From Candidatus Aminicenantes bacterium (lineage in GTDB: Bacteria > Acidobacteriota > Aminicenantia > Aminicenantales > Saccharicenantaceae): a DNA stretch of 64,000 nt. Shown in pieces: positions 29,339 to 42,712 of this stretch. The notes under the pieces were generated by a model. It made no database searches. It saw only the letters and a list, made by a program, of their open reading frames with translations, and was not told where the DNA came from. The stretch is taken from contig CAVUOW010000010.1 in NCBI GenBank assembly GCA_963743205.1, positions 11,379 to 75,378 of the forward strand, given 5' to 3'. The translations under genes and the position numbers were made by a program. Position 1 is the stretch's first letter; every line of letters begins with the position of its first letter.

Positions 29339-30250
29339 ATGACACTTCCGACGCTTTCGCTCGTCACCGCGTCTTTCAAGCGGTTCAACGGGGACAAGTG
29401 TTGGACTTCGGCCATCGTCATCTCTTATTTTGCTTTGCTCTGCAGCGTCCCCCTCATCGCCCTGTTCTTCACCATCGCCGGGCGTTTTCTGGGCAACACG
29501 GAGATGGCCCTGCGAAGCCTCAATATCTTCACCGACGAGTTCTTTGCCAAGCTCGACCCGAGCTTCTTCAAGGGTCTCGGGGACCTGTCGAGCCCGGGCC
29601 TTCAGCTGGGGCTGTTCGGCGTTATCGGCTCGCTCGTCTCGGCCAGCTTCCTCTTCTCGAGCCTGATCTCGACGATCAACCAGATCTTCCGGACGAAGTA
29701 CCACCGGTCCTTCTTCTACAACCGGCTGATCGAGTTCCTGATGATGGCCGTCGTCGGCATCTTCATGCTCTTCTCACTGGCCATGACGGCCGTCTGGACC
29801 GCCTTCGGGCAGAGCCTCCAGAAGAGCGAGCTCGTCCGGGCCACTCTGAATCCCGAGGCCTTGGCGGTCATCAACAACGTCTTTTTGATATATCTCATCC
29901 CGTACGCCTTGACCTTCCTGATGTTCTTCATCCTTTACAAGTTCATTCCGGAGGTCAAGGTCCACACCCGAGCGGGGATCATCCCGGCCGCCGTCGCCGC
30001 CCTGCTTTTCGAGGTCTTCAAGCGGGCCTTTGCCTTCTACGTCGTCCACTTCTCGGCGATCGGCATCGTCCTGAGCAAGATCCTGCAGGGCACGCTGACC
30101 TCGGTCCTCTTCTTTCTGCTTTGGATCTCGTCGTCGATGATCATCCTGCTCTGGGGGGCGGAGCTCGCCGCCGTGCTCAACGAGAAATATGATGCCGCGG
30201 CGGCGGCGAAGGCGCAGAAAACTCCCTTGCCGGCCGCTAAGCCTGTTTGA
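29339..30250 (+). CDS. YihY/BrkB-family membrane protein
   Basis: 303-aa polytopic ORF. N-terminal FKRFNGDKCWTSAIVISYFALLCSVPLI and overall 6-TM layout are typical of the YihY family. Confidence 0.8.
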   Translation: MTLPTLSLVTASFKRFNGDKCWTSAIVISYFALLCSVPLIALFFTIAGRFLGNTEMALRSLNIFTDEFFAKLDPSFFKGLGDLSSPGLQLGLFGVIGSLVSASFLFSSLISTINQIFRTKYHRSFFYNRLIEFLMMAVVGIFMLFSLAMTAVWTAFGQSLQKSELVRATLNPEALAVINNVFLIYLIPYALTFLMFFILYKFIPEVKVHTRAGIIPAAVAALLFEVFKRAFAFYVVHFSAIGIVLSKILQGTLTSVLFFLLWISSSMIILLWGAELAAVLNEKYDAAAAAKAQKTPLPAAKPV

Positions 30251-30281
30251 TTTCAGATGTGCTTGGCGATGCGCTCGAGAA

Positions 30282-30392
30282 GCTTGGCCTTGGATTCCAC
30301 GCCCGACCGGCGGGAAGCGGAGTCCCCGAAGCGACCATCAGAAGCGCGACGAAGCGGCTCGGAGGAGCGCTTCTGGGAAGATATCTTAGAAG
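30282..30392 (+). repeat. Structured intergenic repeat, copy A
   Basis: Shares ccggcgggaagcggaGTCnncgaagcgacc - hairpin - ggaaRatatct with copies at 51.6 kb and 60.6-60.8 kb. Hairpin is CAGAAGCGC (30339-30347) / GCGCTTCTG (30367-30375). Confidence 0.85.
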
Positions 30393-30405
30393 GGCCGTCG
30401 GCCCG

Positions 30406-30732
30406 TCAGATATATTTGCTGATCAGTTCGGTCAGTTTGGCCTTGGGCAGAACTCCAACGACTTTTTCTGCTAATTGGCCGCCCTTGAACAGGATCAGGG
30501 TCGGGATGGCCATGACCCCGTAGGTCTGGGAAGACTGGCCATTCTCGTCGACGTTCATCTTGACCACCTTGAGCTTGCCCTTGTGGGATTCGGCGATCTC
30601 GTCGACGACGGGTCCGATGATCCTGCAAGGACCGCACCAGGGGGCCCAAAAATCAACCAGGACGGGAAGGTCGGACTTGAGGACCTCGGCGTCGAAGGTG
30701 GCGTCAGTTCCGGTGATTATGGCGTCGGACAT
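30406..30732 (-). CDS. trxA: Thioredoxin
   Basis: 108-aa ORF with [10 protein letters not shown] active site. Confidence 0.97.
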   Translation of the reverse strand: MSDAIITGTDATFDAEVLKSDLPVLVDFWAPWCGPCRIIGPVVDEIAESHKGKLKVVKMNVDENGQSSQTYGVMAIPTLILFKGGQLAEKVVGVLPKAKLTELISKYI

Positions 30733-30779
30733 AGGGTATCTCCAATCCTTAGTATTTCTGTAGTATATCGGAAGAACCC

Positions 30780-30808
30780 ATGATAGCGACGGGCCCGAAG
30801 GTTGTCAA
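30780..30808 (-). promoter_or_regulatory. Putative sigma70-type promoter of trxA
   Basis: Minus strand reads TTGACA-N17-TATCAT, followed about 40 nt later by SD GGAG and the trxA ATG. Confidence 0.5.
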
Positions 30809-30822
30809 ATCAAGGGGTTGGA

Positions 30823-31671
30823 CTATCCGGCCCAGCCCAATTTTTCCTTGACCAGGTCGTAATAAGAACGCTTGGGCGAGGTGATGAGCTGAAGCTCGAA
30901 CGGGGCCTTGCGGATCTCGACGACGTCGTTGCGGACCATGACGCCGCCGCGCTGGCCGTCGAAGGTCACATGGACCTCCTCCCCTCCCGTCAGCAGCCGG
31001 ACGCCGATCGTCGACGTCGCCGGAACGGCCATGGGCCGGAAGGACAGCGTGTGGGGGCAGATCGGCGTCAGGACGATGGCCGGGACTTGCGGGTGGAGGA
31101 TAGGGCCTCCAGCCGAGAGCGAATAGGCCGTCGAGCCCGTCGGCGTCGAGACGATGAGGCCGTCCGCCTTGAGCGTCGCCACGTCCCGGCCGTCGACAGA
31201 GATGGCCAGCTCGATCATCCGGGCCACGGCTCCCTTGGTGATGACCACGTCGTTCAGGCAGAACGACGTAGCGCCCTCCGTCCGGGCCTCGAGGAGTGCG
31301 CGGAAGTTGATGAGAGACGCATCGCCAGCCAGGAATCTGTCGAGGGTCTGGACGGCCTCGCTCACCGGGATCTCGGTCAGAAAGCCCAAGCGCCCGAGGT
31401 TGATGCCCATGACGGGAACCCCGGCTTGGGCCGCGTGATGCGCGACGCTGAGGAGCGTTCCGTCGCCGCCGAGCACGACGACAAGGTCCGAAGCGGCGGC
31501 GATCCCCGCCCGCTCCAGCCCGTCGGCACGGCCGAGCTTCCGCGCCGCGACGTCCTCGAGGACGCAGACGATGCCGCGGCCCTCGAAGTATTCGACCACG
31601 ATCTTGAGGATGCCCTCGACCGAGGGCGCGTGGGGCTTGATGACGATGCCGGCCTTGCGCACATTATTCAT
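30823..31671 (-). CDS. nadK: NAD kinase
   Basis: 282-aa ORF with the GGDGTLL motif and NLGRLGFLTE. Confidence 0.95.
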   Translation of the reverse strand: MNNVRKAGIVIKPHAPSVEGILKIVVEYFEGRGIVCVLEDVAARKLGRADGLERAGIAAASDLVVVLGGDGTLLSVAHHAAQAGVPVMGINLGRLGFLTEIPVSEAVQTLDRFLAGDASLINFRALLEARTEGATSFCLNDVVITKGAVARMIELAISVDGRDVATLKADGLIVSTPTGSTAYSLSAGGPILHPQVPAIVLTPICPHTLSFRPMAVPATSTIGVRLLTGGEEVHVTFDGQRGGVMVRNDVVEIRKAPFELQLITSPKRSYYDLVKEKLGWAG

Positions 31672-32455
31672 GGCTGACCGCCTCCTTGATCCAGGCTGGG
31701 ATGAGGTCCGCGTTTTGGTCCGGATCCCCCTTGACCCACCAGGCGAAGAATTCGACGTTTCCCTTCTGGCCGTGCGTCGAGCAGCGGATGAGGCCTTTGA
31801 GCCCGAAGCCGACGGTCCTGGCCCCGGCGACGACGCGGGCCAGGACCTCGGCGTGGACCGCCGGGTCGCGGACGACGCCCTTCTTGCCGACGTCTCTGGC
31901 CCCGGCCTCGAACTGCGGTTTGATGAGCGACACGAGGTTCCAGTCCCCGGGGATCGTTTTGAGCGCGGGCAGGATCTTGAGCACGGAGATGAACGAGACG
32001 TCCATGGTGATGATCCCCGGCGCTCCCGGGATGTCGGCCGGATCGAGCTCCCGGGCGTTCTTCTCGATGGTCACGACCCTCGGGTCCTTGGTCAGGTTCC
32101 AATCGAGCTGCTTCGTGTCCACATCGACGGCGTAAACTGTTGACGCGCCTCGTTTTAGCAGGCAGTCGACGAATCCCCCCGTCGACGCGCCGACGTCGAG
32201 CCCGATCAGGCCGCGGACGTCGATGCCGAAGCGGTCGAGGGCCTCTTCGAGCTTGAGCCCGCCGCGGCCGACGAAAGGAAGGGGTTTCTCGATCTCGATC
32301 GGCGCCTCCGCGTCGAGCAGGTCGCCCGGTTTGCGGACGGGACGGCCGGCGCTCGTCACCGACCCGGCCATGATCAGGGCTTGGGCCCGTTCGAGGCTCG
32401 GAGCGAGGCCCCGCCCGGTGAGGAGCTTATCCGCGCGTTCTTTCATCGGCGCCAC
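31664..32455 (-). CDS. tlyA: TlyA-family rRNA 2'-O-methyltransferase
   Basis: S4-like N-terminus (RADKLLTGRGLAPSLERAQALIMAGSV) plus FtsJ-type SAM fold (LDVGASTGGFVDCLL). Confidence 0.9.
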   Translation of the reverse strand: MAPMKERADKLLTGRGLAPSLERAQALIMAGSVTSAGRPVRKPGDLLDAEAPIEIEKPLPFVGRGGLKLEEALDRFGIDVRGLIGLDVGASTGGFVDCLLKRGASTVYAVDVDTKQLDWNLTKDPRVVTIEKNARELDPADIPGAPGIITMDVSFISVLKILPALKTIPGDWNLVSLIKPQFEAGARDVGKKGVVRDPAVHAEVLARVVAGARTVGFGLKGLIRCSTHGQKGNVEFFAWWVKGDPDQNADLIPAWIKEAVSHE

Positions 32456-34335
32456 AGCGGCAGGGGCATCTGATAAAAGTCCCGGATCTTCCGGACGATG
32501 CCCGGGACGTCGAGGCCGACCATGGCCCTGATCTCGTCCGACTTGCCGACCGGATAGGCGCCGATCGGCACGCCGATCGACAGGAACCGGATGTCGAACC
32601 GGCCTTCCCGGTCGAGGAACTCGCGCACGGCGCTGCCGGCGCCGCCTTCGACAATGCCCTCCTCGAGGGTGACGACCGTCCGGCCCGGCCCGGCGAAGCG
32701 GAGGATCAGGTCCCGGTCGAGCGGCTTGACGAAACGGGCGTTGACGACGGCGAGCGAAACGCCCGCCTTCTCGAGCTCACGGGCCGCCTCGAGGGCCGGC
32801 GCGACCATGTTGCCGACGGCGAAGAGGAGATCCTGCCCCTCCTTGACGATCTCGCTCCGTCCGAGCGGCAGGACCCTGAGGGTCTCGTCCATCGGGACCC
32901 CCAGGCCCTTGGCCTTGGGGAATCGCACCGAGCACGGGTGGCCGTAGGAGATGGCCGACCAGAGCATTTGCTGGAGCTCATTCTCGTCCTTGGGGGCCAT
33001 GACGATCATATTGGGCATATGCCGCATGTAGGCGATATCGTTGACGCCCTGGTGCGTGGGCCCGTCGTCGGGGACGATGCCGGCCCGGTCGAGGACGAAG
33101 AGGACGGGCAGGTCCATCAGGCAAACGTCGTGGTAGACCTGGTCGTAGGCCCGCTGGAGGAAGGTCGAGTAGATGGCCACGACGGGCTTGAAGCCCGCCA
33201 GGGCCAGGCCCGAGGCGAAGGTCACGGCATGCTGCTCGGCAATGCCGACGTCGAAAAAGCGGTCGGGGAGCTTCTCGGAGAATTCCTTGAGGCCGGTGCC
33301 CTCGCCCATGGCCGCGGTGATGGCCAGCACCTTCTCGTCCTTCTTGGCGATCTTGATCATCGAGTCGCCGAAGGCGCTCGAGAACGACGGGCCCCACTCG
33401 CGCTGCAGCGGCTCGCCGGTCGCGACCTTGAACGGCGCGGACCCGTGGAATTTCTCCGGGTGCAGCTTCGCCGGCTGGTAGCCTTTGCCTTTCTGGGTCA
33501 CGCACTGGATGAGGACGGGACCTTCATAGGTCTTGGCCGTTTCGAAGGCCTCGACGAGCGACTGGATGTTGTGCCCGTGGACCGGGCCGATGTAGCGGAT
33601 GCCGAGCTCCGTGAAAACCATTCCCGGGAAGAGAATCTTTTTGGCCAGCTCCTCGAGGGCATGGCCGGCCTTGATCACGGGGCGGCCGAGCTGGGGCACC
33701 TTCCTGAGGAGCGATTTGGCCTGGTCTTTGATGACGATATAGCGGTGCCCCGAAACGAGATAGGAGAAATACTTCGACCAGGCCCCGACGTTGATCGAGA
33801 TGGACATCTCGTTGAAGTTGAGGACGATGATCAGCCGCTCGCGGAGATGGCCGATCTGGTTCAGCGCCTCGAGGGCGACGCCGCCGGTCAGGCTGCCGTC
33901 CCCGACGACGGCGACGACGTGGTGATGCTGGCCGGCCTTGTCCCTGGCGACGGCCATGCCCAACGCGGTCGACAACGCGGTGGAGGCGTGGCCGGTGTTG
34001 GCGATGTCGTGCTCGCTCTCTTCCCGGCAGGGAAAACCGAGGATGCCGTCCTTGCGGCGCAGGCCGCCGAAGCGGTCCTTCCGGCCGGTCAGGAGCTTGT
34101 GGGTGTAGCACTGGTGGCCGACGTCCCAGACGATCTTGTCGCGGGGCGAGTCGAAGGCCAGGTGCAGGGCCAGCGTCAGCTCGACGGCCCCCAGGTTCGA
34201 GGCCAGGTGGCCGCCGTTCTTGGCGACCGTCTCGAGGATGCGGGTCCGGATCTCCATGGCCAGGGTCGAAAGCTCGTCCGGGGTGAGCTTGCGGATGTCC
34301 GCCGGCTCGTGAATGGCATCGAGGATCATGGCCAT
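32443..34335 (-). CDS. dxs: 1-deoxy-D-xylulose-5-phosphate synthase
   Basis: 630-aa ORF. GGHLASNLGAVELTLALH and VWDVGHQCYTHKLLTGR, TPP-binding GDGSLTGG. Confidence 0.97.
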   Translation of the reverse strand: MAMILDAIHEPADIRKLTPDELSTLAMEIRTRILETVAKNGGHLASNLGAVELTLALHLAFDSPRDKIVWDVGHQCYTHKLLTGRKDRFGGLRRKDGILGFPCREESEHDIANTGHASTALSTALGMAVARDKAGQHHHVVAVVGDGSLTGGVALEALNQIGHLRERLIIVLNFNEMSISINVGAWSKYFSYLVSGHRYIVIKDQAKSLLRKVPQLGRPVIKAGHALEELAKKILFPGMVFTELGIRYIGPVHGHNIQSLVEAFETAKTYEGPVLIQCVTQKGKGYQPAKLHPEKFHGSAPFKVATGEPLQREWGPSFSSAFGDSMIKIAKKDEKVLAITAAMGEGTGLKEFSEKLPDRFFDVGIAEQHAVTFASGLALAGFKPVVAIYSTFLQRAYDQVYHDVCLMDLPVLFVLDRAGIVPDDGPTHQGVNDIAYMRHMPNMIVMAPKDENELQQMLWSAISYGHPCSVRFPKAKGLGVPMDETLRVLPLGRSEIVKEGQDLLFAVGNMVAPALEAARELEKAGVSLAVVNARFVKPLDRDLILRFAGPGRTVVTLEEGIVEGGAGSAVREFLDREGRFDIRFLSIGVPIGAYPVGKSDEIRAMVGLDVPGIVRKIRDFYQMPLPLWRR

Positions 34336-34351
34336 GGTCTCTCCGGAAAAG

Positions 34352-34618
34352 TCAGGCTTTGCCGCCGTCCTCGCCCGTCTCCTCCCCGTCGTCCGTCTCG
34401 GTCTCGAAGTCCTCGGCCTTGAGCTTGCCCTTCTCGTCCTTGAGCAGGATCTCGACTTTGCGCTCGGCTTTATCGAGCTCGCCGCGGAGGAAGCGGGACA
34501 TCTTGACGCCTTTCTCGAAGAGCGCCAGCGATTCGTTGAGCGAGATGCCGCCCTTTTCGAGCTTGGCCACGATCTCTTCGAGGTCGGCCAGGGCCTTCTC
34601 GAACGTCAGGTTGGTCAT
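34352..34618 (-). CDS. xseB: Exodeoxyribonuclease VII small subunit
   Basis: Start set at MTNLTFEKALADLEEIVAKLEKGGISLNESLALFEKG (classic XseB). ATGA overlap with xseA. Confidence 0.92.
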   Translation of the reverse strand: MTNLTFEKALADLEEIVAKLEKGGISLNESLALFEKGVKMSRFLRGELDKAERKVEILLKDEKGKLKAEDFETETDDGEETGEDGGKA

Positions 34619-35955
34619 GACCCCTCCTTCAGGAACCGGGATTCCAGGAGCTTCTTGCGGTCGACGGATTCGACGCGGGCGCTGAACTCGCCTTTGAAGA
34701 ACGTCACCTCGACGGTCTCGCCGGGGACGACCTCCTCGATCCGGCGGGCCAGGCGCAGGCCGCCTTCCTTCCAAACGAGGGTGTAGCCCTTCTTGAGGAC
34801 GTCGAGAGGGCTGAGGGCATTGAGGGAGGCCGAAAGCCGCTCCCAGGTCCCCCGGTGGCCCCTCACCGTCCGGCGCAGGATGTTGGCCAGCCGTTCGGCC
34901 GCAAGAAGCGCCGCGCCTTTGTGCTCGGCGATGGCCTGCCGCTCGGCCCGGAGAACGTTCCGTCCCCGCGTCTCGAGGTCGTCCACCCGGCGGGCCAGGT
35001 TGGCCAGCCGGACCTCGAAATTCTGGAAGATGCGGTGGCGGGCGAGCTCGTCGACGTCCCCCCGCAGGTGCTGGATGCCGAAGCGGAGGGTCTCGCCGAG
35101 CCGGCGCGTCTGCGTTTCGATCCGCTCGGCGAAGGCCTCCTCCGTCGCGATGACCATCTCCGCGGCCGCCGAGGGCGTCGAGGCCCGGACGTCGGCGACG
35201 AAGTCGGCGATGGTAAAATCGACCTCATGGCCGACGGCCGAGATGACCGGGACGGGCGAGCGGGCGATGGCCCGGGCCACAGGCTCTTCGTTGAAGGCCC
35301 AGAGGTCCTCGATCGAGCCGCCGCCGCGGCCGACGATGAGAACGTCGATCCCCGGCCAGGCCCCGAGCACGTCGATGCCCTCGACGATCTCGGCCGCCGC
35401 GCCCTCGCCCTGGACCCGGGCGGGATAGATGACGACGTGGAGCTTGGCATAGCGGCGCTCGAGGACGCGGAGGACGTCGCGGATGGCCGCGCCGGTCGGC
35501 GAGGTGACGACGCCGATCGTCTTGGGCCGGAGCGGCAGCTTGCGCTTGCGCGCCTCGTCGAACAGGCCCTCGGCCTTGAGCTTGGCCTTGAGCTGCTCGA
35601 AGGCCAGCTGCAGGGCGCCCTTGCCCTTGGGCTCGACGAGGTCGACGTAGAGCTGGTAATCGCCGCGAGGCTCGTAGACGCTGATCTTGCCCCGGCAGAC
35701 GACCTTGAGCCCGTCCTTGAGTTCGAAGAGGATCTTGCGGGCCGTCGATTGCCACATGACGGCCTTGATGACGCTCTTGTCGTCCTTGAGGTTGAAGAAG
35801 ACGTGGCCGGAGGCGGCTTTCTTGTAGCCCGAGACCTCGCCCTCGACCCAGACCTGGGGGAAGGCGACCTCGAGGGCGGTCTTGACGATCTCCGTGACCT
35901 GCGAGACCGTGTAGATCTGGTCCTTGATCACCAGGCCGTCAATCTTCGTGGCCAT
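34615..35955 (-). CDS. xseA: Exodeoxyribonuclease VII large subunit
   Basis: 446-aa ORF. OB-fold N-terminus (VWVEGEVSGYKKAASGHVFFNLKD) and catalytic core (GRGGGSIEDLWAFNEE). Confidence 0.95.
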   Translation of the reverse strand: MATKIDGLVIKDQIYTVSQVTEIVKTALEVAFPQVWVEGEVSGYKKAASGHVFFNLKDDKSVIKAVMWQSTARKILFELKDGLKVVCRGKISVYEPRGDYQLYVDLVEPKGKGALQLAFEQLKAKLKAEGLFDEARKRKLPLRPKTIGVVTSPTGAAIRDVLRVLERRYAKLHVVIYPARVQGEGAAAEIVEGIDVLGAWPGIDVLIVGRGGGSIEDLWAFNEEPVARAIARSPVPVISAVGHEVDFTIADFVADVRASTPSAAAEMVIATEEAFAERIETQTRRLGETLRFGIQHLRGDVDELARHRIFQNFEVRLANLARRVDDLETRGRNVLRAERQAIAEHKGAALLAAERLANILRRTVRGHRGTWERLSASLNALSPLDVLKKGYTLVWKEGGLRLARRIEEVVPGETVEVTFFKGEFSARVESVDRKKLLESRFLKEGS

Positions 35956-36742
35956 CCTCCGCCAAAACCTCTCGTGTGATCGACAGCGCCTTGCCCGACG
36001 CCGCGTCGATCTTGACGAACACGCCGGATAAGAACAGGCCGTCGCGGGACGGCTCGAAGCGTTGCGGCCGCGAGGTCAGGAAGCGCTGCAGGGCCTGCTC
36101 GCGGGAGATGCCGATAACGGCGTTGCGGCCGCCGGCCATGCCGGCGTCGGAGATGTAAGCCGTGCCCTGAGGCAGGACCCGTTCGTCCGACGTCGGGACG
36201 TGGGTGTGGGTGCCGATGACGGCCGAGACCCGGCCGTCAAGGTGCCAGCCGAGGGCCTGTTTCTCGGAGGTCGCCTCGGCGTGGAAATCGACGATGATGA
36301 TCGGGGTCACGGCGCGGAGCGCGGCGACCTCCTCATCGGCCCGCTTGAACGGGCAGTCGAGAGGCTCCATGAAAACCCGTCCCTGGAGGTTGAGAACGGC
36401 CGCCTTGGTGCCGTCGGCCGCCTGGAAGACGTAGGAGAAACGGCCGGGGTTGACCGGCGGATAATTGGCCGGCCGCAGGAGCCGCGGCTCGCGCTCGAGG
36501 TAGGGCAAGGCCTCCTTCTTGTCCCAGATGTGGTTGCCCGAGGTCAGGACGTCGACGTGCATGAACAGGTCCTTGCCGATCTCCTCGGTGATGCCGCTGC
36601 CGCCGGCCGAATTCTCGCCGTTGGCGATGATCATCGACGGCGCGTACTTCTTGACCAGGCCGGGCAGGAACTTTTCCAGGGCCCGCCGGCCCGGCCGGCC
36701 GATGACGTCGCCGAGGAAGAGGACCCCGAACTCACCGGGCAT
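35939..36742 (-). CDS. YmdB-like metallophosphoesterase (TIGR00282 family)
   Basis: 267-aa [43 protein letters not shown]. The conserved rny-ymdB neighbourhood is present. Confidence 0.88.
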   Translation of the reverse strand: MPGEFGVLFLGDVIGRPGRRALEKFLPGLVKKYAPSMIIANGENSAGGSGITEEIGKDLFMHVDVLTSGNHIWDKKEALPYLEREPRLLRPANYPPVNPGRFSYVFQAADGTKAAVLNLQGRVFMEPLDCPFKRADEEVAALRAVTPIIIVDFHAEATSEKQALGWHLDGRVSAVIGTHTHVPTSDERVLPQGTAYISDAGMAGGRNAVIGISREQALQRFLTSRPQRFEPSRDGLFLSGVFVKIDAASGKALSITREVLAEDGHED

Positions 36743-38292
36743 ATTCGACCGCCCTCATTTCCCTGATGACCGTGACCTTGATCTGGCCGGGGTAAGTGAG
36801 ATCGGCCTTGATCTTGGCGGCCATTTCCTTGGCCAGGAGGGCTCGCCCTGTCGTCGGAGACCTTGAGGGCCTCGACGATGACGCGGATCTCGCGGCCGGC
36901 CTGCAGGGCGAAGGCCTTGGAAACGCCCTCGAACGAGCTGGCGATCTCCTCGAGCTTCTCCAGCCGCTGAATGTAGGTTTCGAGGAGCTCGCGCCGGGCC
37001 CCGGGCCGGGCGGCCGAGAGCGTGTCGGCGGCCTGGACGAGGACGGCCTCGATCGACGGGAAGTCGACGTCGCGATGGTGCGAGGCGATGGCCTGGACGA
37101 CCCGTTCGGACTCGCCGTACTTCCTGGCCAGCTCGACGCCGAGCTCGGTGTGCGTGCCCTCGACGTCCCGGTCGACGGCCTTGCCGATGTCGTGGAGCAG
37201 GCCGGCCCGCAGGGCGACGTTGGTGTCGAGACCGATCTCGCGGGCCATCATGGCCGCGAGCATGGCCACTTCCTTGGTGTGCTGGAGGACGTTCTGGCCG
37301 TAGCTCGTCCGGTACTTGAGCTTGCCCAGGAGCTTGATCAGCTCGGGATGGATGTCGCGGACCTTGAGCTCCAGGACGGCCGACTCGCCCTCCTGCTTGA
37401 TCTTCTGCTCGAGGTCGGCCTTGACCGACTCGACGATGTCCTCGATGCGGGCCGGGTGGATGCGCCCGTCGGTGACGAGCTTCTGGATGGACAGGCGGGC
37501 CAGCTCGCGGCGGATCGGGTCGAAGCTCGACAGGATGACCGCCTCGGGCGTGTCGTCGACGATGATGTCGACGCCGGTGGCCATCTCCAGGGCCCGGATG
37601 TTGCGACCCTCGCGGCCGATGATCCGCCCCTTCATGTCCTCCGACGGCAGGTCGACGACGGAGACCGTGGTCTCGGTGACGTGCTCGGCGGCCGAGCGCT
37701 GGATGGCGTTGGTGATGATCTCCCGGGCCGAGACGGCGGCCTTTTCGCGGGCCTCATCCTCGATCCTGCGGACGGAGGCGATGGCCTCGAGCTTGGCCTC
37801 GTCCTCGATCTTCTTGATCAGCATGGCCTTGGCCTCTTCCTGGGTCATGCCGGAGATCTTCTCCAGCTCGGCCAGGCCCTTCTGAACGGCCTCGACGATC
37901 TTGGCTTCCTCGACCTCGAGGTCCTTTTCCTTCTGGGTGAGCTTGCGCTCCTTTTGGGACAGGTCGCGTTCCTTGCGCTCGATCGACTGGAACCGCCGCT
38001 CCAGGTTCTCCTCTTTGCTGAGAAGCCGGCGCTCGGTCTCGTTGATCTTGCGCTGTTTCTCCCGGTTCTGACCCTCGAACTCGTTCAGGCGGGCGAGGTC
38101 TTTCTCGCGGGCCTCGATGGCCGCTTCCCGCTTGATCTTCTCTCCGTCCTCCCGGGCCCTGTCGAGGATGACGCGGGCCTGCTCTTCGGCTTCGGCGGCC
38201 TTGCGCGAGCCCGCCTGCCTCTTGAGCAGGAGGACGACGACGGCTGCCGCCAGCCCGATGATGACGACGATTGCGGCGATGGTGAACGCCAT
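36732..38292 (-). pseudogene. rny: Ribonuclease Y, one frame disruption near its 3' end (probable assembly indel)
   Basis: TM anchor, coiled coil, KH ([15 protein letters not shown]) and HD (LLHDIGKA) domains in ORF 36631..38292. After ..KVSDDRA the frame degenerates. The alternate frame gives the canonical end [35 protein letters not shown] with a stop at 36732. The shift lies at the GGG run 36839-36841. Length is 3n+1. Confidence 0.9.
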
Positions 38293-38301
38293 TGGGATAA
38301 C

Positions 38302-38325
38302 CTCCTCATCTATTCAAATGAGGAG
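38302..38325 (-). promoter_or_regulatory. SD-sequestering hairpin in the rny leader
   Basis: mRNA sense: CUCCUCAU-UUGAAUAG-AUGAGGAG. This is an 8-bp stem whose 3' arm contains the SD GAGGAGG, 9 nt before the rny AUG at 38292. Confidence 0.45.
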
Positions 38326-38406
38326 ACGCGAGAGAAAGAGCGGAGGCGTCAGATGCCCGCGCCGGGACCGGCCCGGCCGTCGAGCCGGCCGCGCGGAACG
38401 TGCCGG

Positions 38407-38736
38407 TCAGAGCGGGGATTTATCGGTGTCCGTGTATGTATTCTCATCTGCGAAGAGATGAACCTCCAAACTTTCGATCTCCGTCTCCATGTGGCCCAAG
38501 GCCTCATTCAGCTGATCCAGCTTCTTCTGGCTCAGGAACAGCTCGTCCGCGATGTTCAAGGCCGCCAGCACGGCGATCTTGGTCGTATCCGCGGACTTCG
38601 ACTTCACAGCCACTTCGTGCATCTTCTGGTCCACGAGCGACGTCAGGTGGCCGATATATTTCTCGTCCTCTTCACCCTTGACGCGGATCTTGTACCGCTG
38701 TCCGAAGATCTCGATCTCGAGGATTCGTTCGGTCAT
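38407..38736 (-). CDS. zapA: Cell division protein ZapA
   Basis: 109-aa ORF. IEIFGQRYKIRVKGEEDEKYIGHLTSLVDQKM...KIAVLAALNIADEL is the ZapA pattern. Confidence 0.85.
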   Translation of the reverse strand: MTERILEIEIFGQRYKIRVKGEEDEKYIGHLTSLVDQKMHEVAVKSKSADTTKIAVLAALNIADELFLSQKKLDQLNEALGHMETEIESLEVHLFADENTYTDTDKSPL

Positions 38737-38976
38737 AACCCGAGTTTGTCGATCTCGCCGATGATGGCTTCGATCTTCCCCTTCAGGAGCTCCCGCTCGC
38801 CGTCGTACTTCTTCATCTCCTCGTCCATGCGGGCGATCTTGCGGGTGCTTTCCTCGAAGTCCTTCTTTTCCGTCCGGAACTCCTTGATCTGCTGGCGGAG
38901 CTTCTCATTCTCGGTCGTCAGCTTGTGGATGTGATCGACGACCTGTCCGATCTTGCCTTCGAGTATTTTAATTCGC

Positions 38977-38993
<17 letters not shown>
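38733..38993 (-). CDS. ZapB-like coiled-coil protein
   Basis: Heptad-rich sequence (ELERIKILEGKIGQVVDHIHKLTTENEKLRQQIKEF...). TTG start proposed at 38993, overlapping the pheT stop. The longer ATG-started ORF to 39095 would overlap pheT out of frame. ATGA overlap with zapA. Confidence 0.55.
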
Positions 38994-42487
<3,494 letters not shown>

Positions 42488-42511
42488 GGTGATCTCCTAA
42501 TGGGGTCGCGC

Positions 42512-42712
42512 TTACAATTCGTACGGGAGCATCGTCCTGAGGGCCTTGCGGTCGGCGTGACTGGCCTCGACCGACTTGGCCAGGTGGCGCTTGCGCTTGG
42601 ACGCCTTCTTCGTCAGGATGTGGCTCTTATTCGCCTGGGCGTGCAGGAACTTTTTCTTGCCCGTGACTTTGAACCTCTTTTGGGCTCCCTTGTGGGTTTT
42701 TAGCTTTGGCAT
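42512..42712 (-). CDS. rpmI: 50S ribosomal protein L35
   Basis: 66-aa ORF. MPKLKTHKGAQKRFKVTGKKKF. Confidence 0.97.
   Translation of the reverse strand: MPKLKTHKGAQKRFKVTGKKKFLHAQANKSHILTKKASKRKRHLAKSVEASHADRKALRTMLPYEL

Noticed and set aside
30189-30474. Small ORFs crossing the repeat copies share a peptide. Copy A has PAGSGVPEATIRSATKRLGGALLGRYL and copy C2 has PAGSGVVEATIRSMAERLGAILLGNIF (ORFs 30247..30474 and 60552..60878). This suggested a conserved micro-protein.
   Set aside because: Copy B has an in-frame stop (..ggcggcgggTAG). The ORFs have no common start or stop. The variable residues coincide exactly with paired stem positions that change in a compensatory way. Conservation is therefore at the nucleic-acid-structure level.
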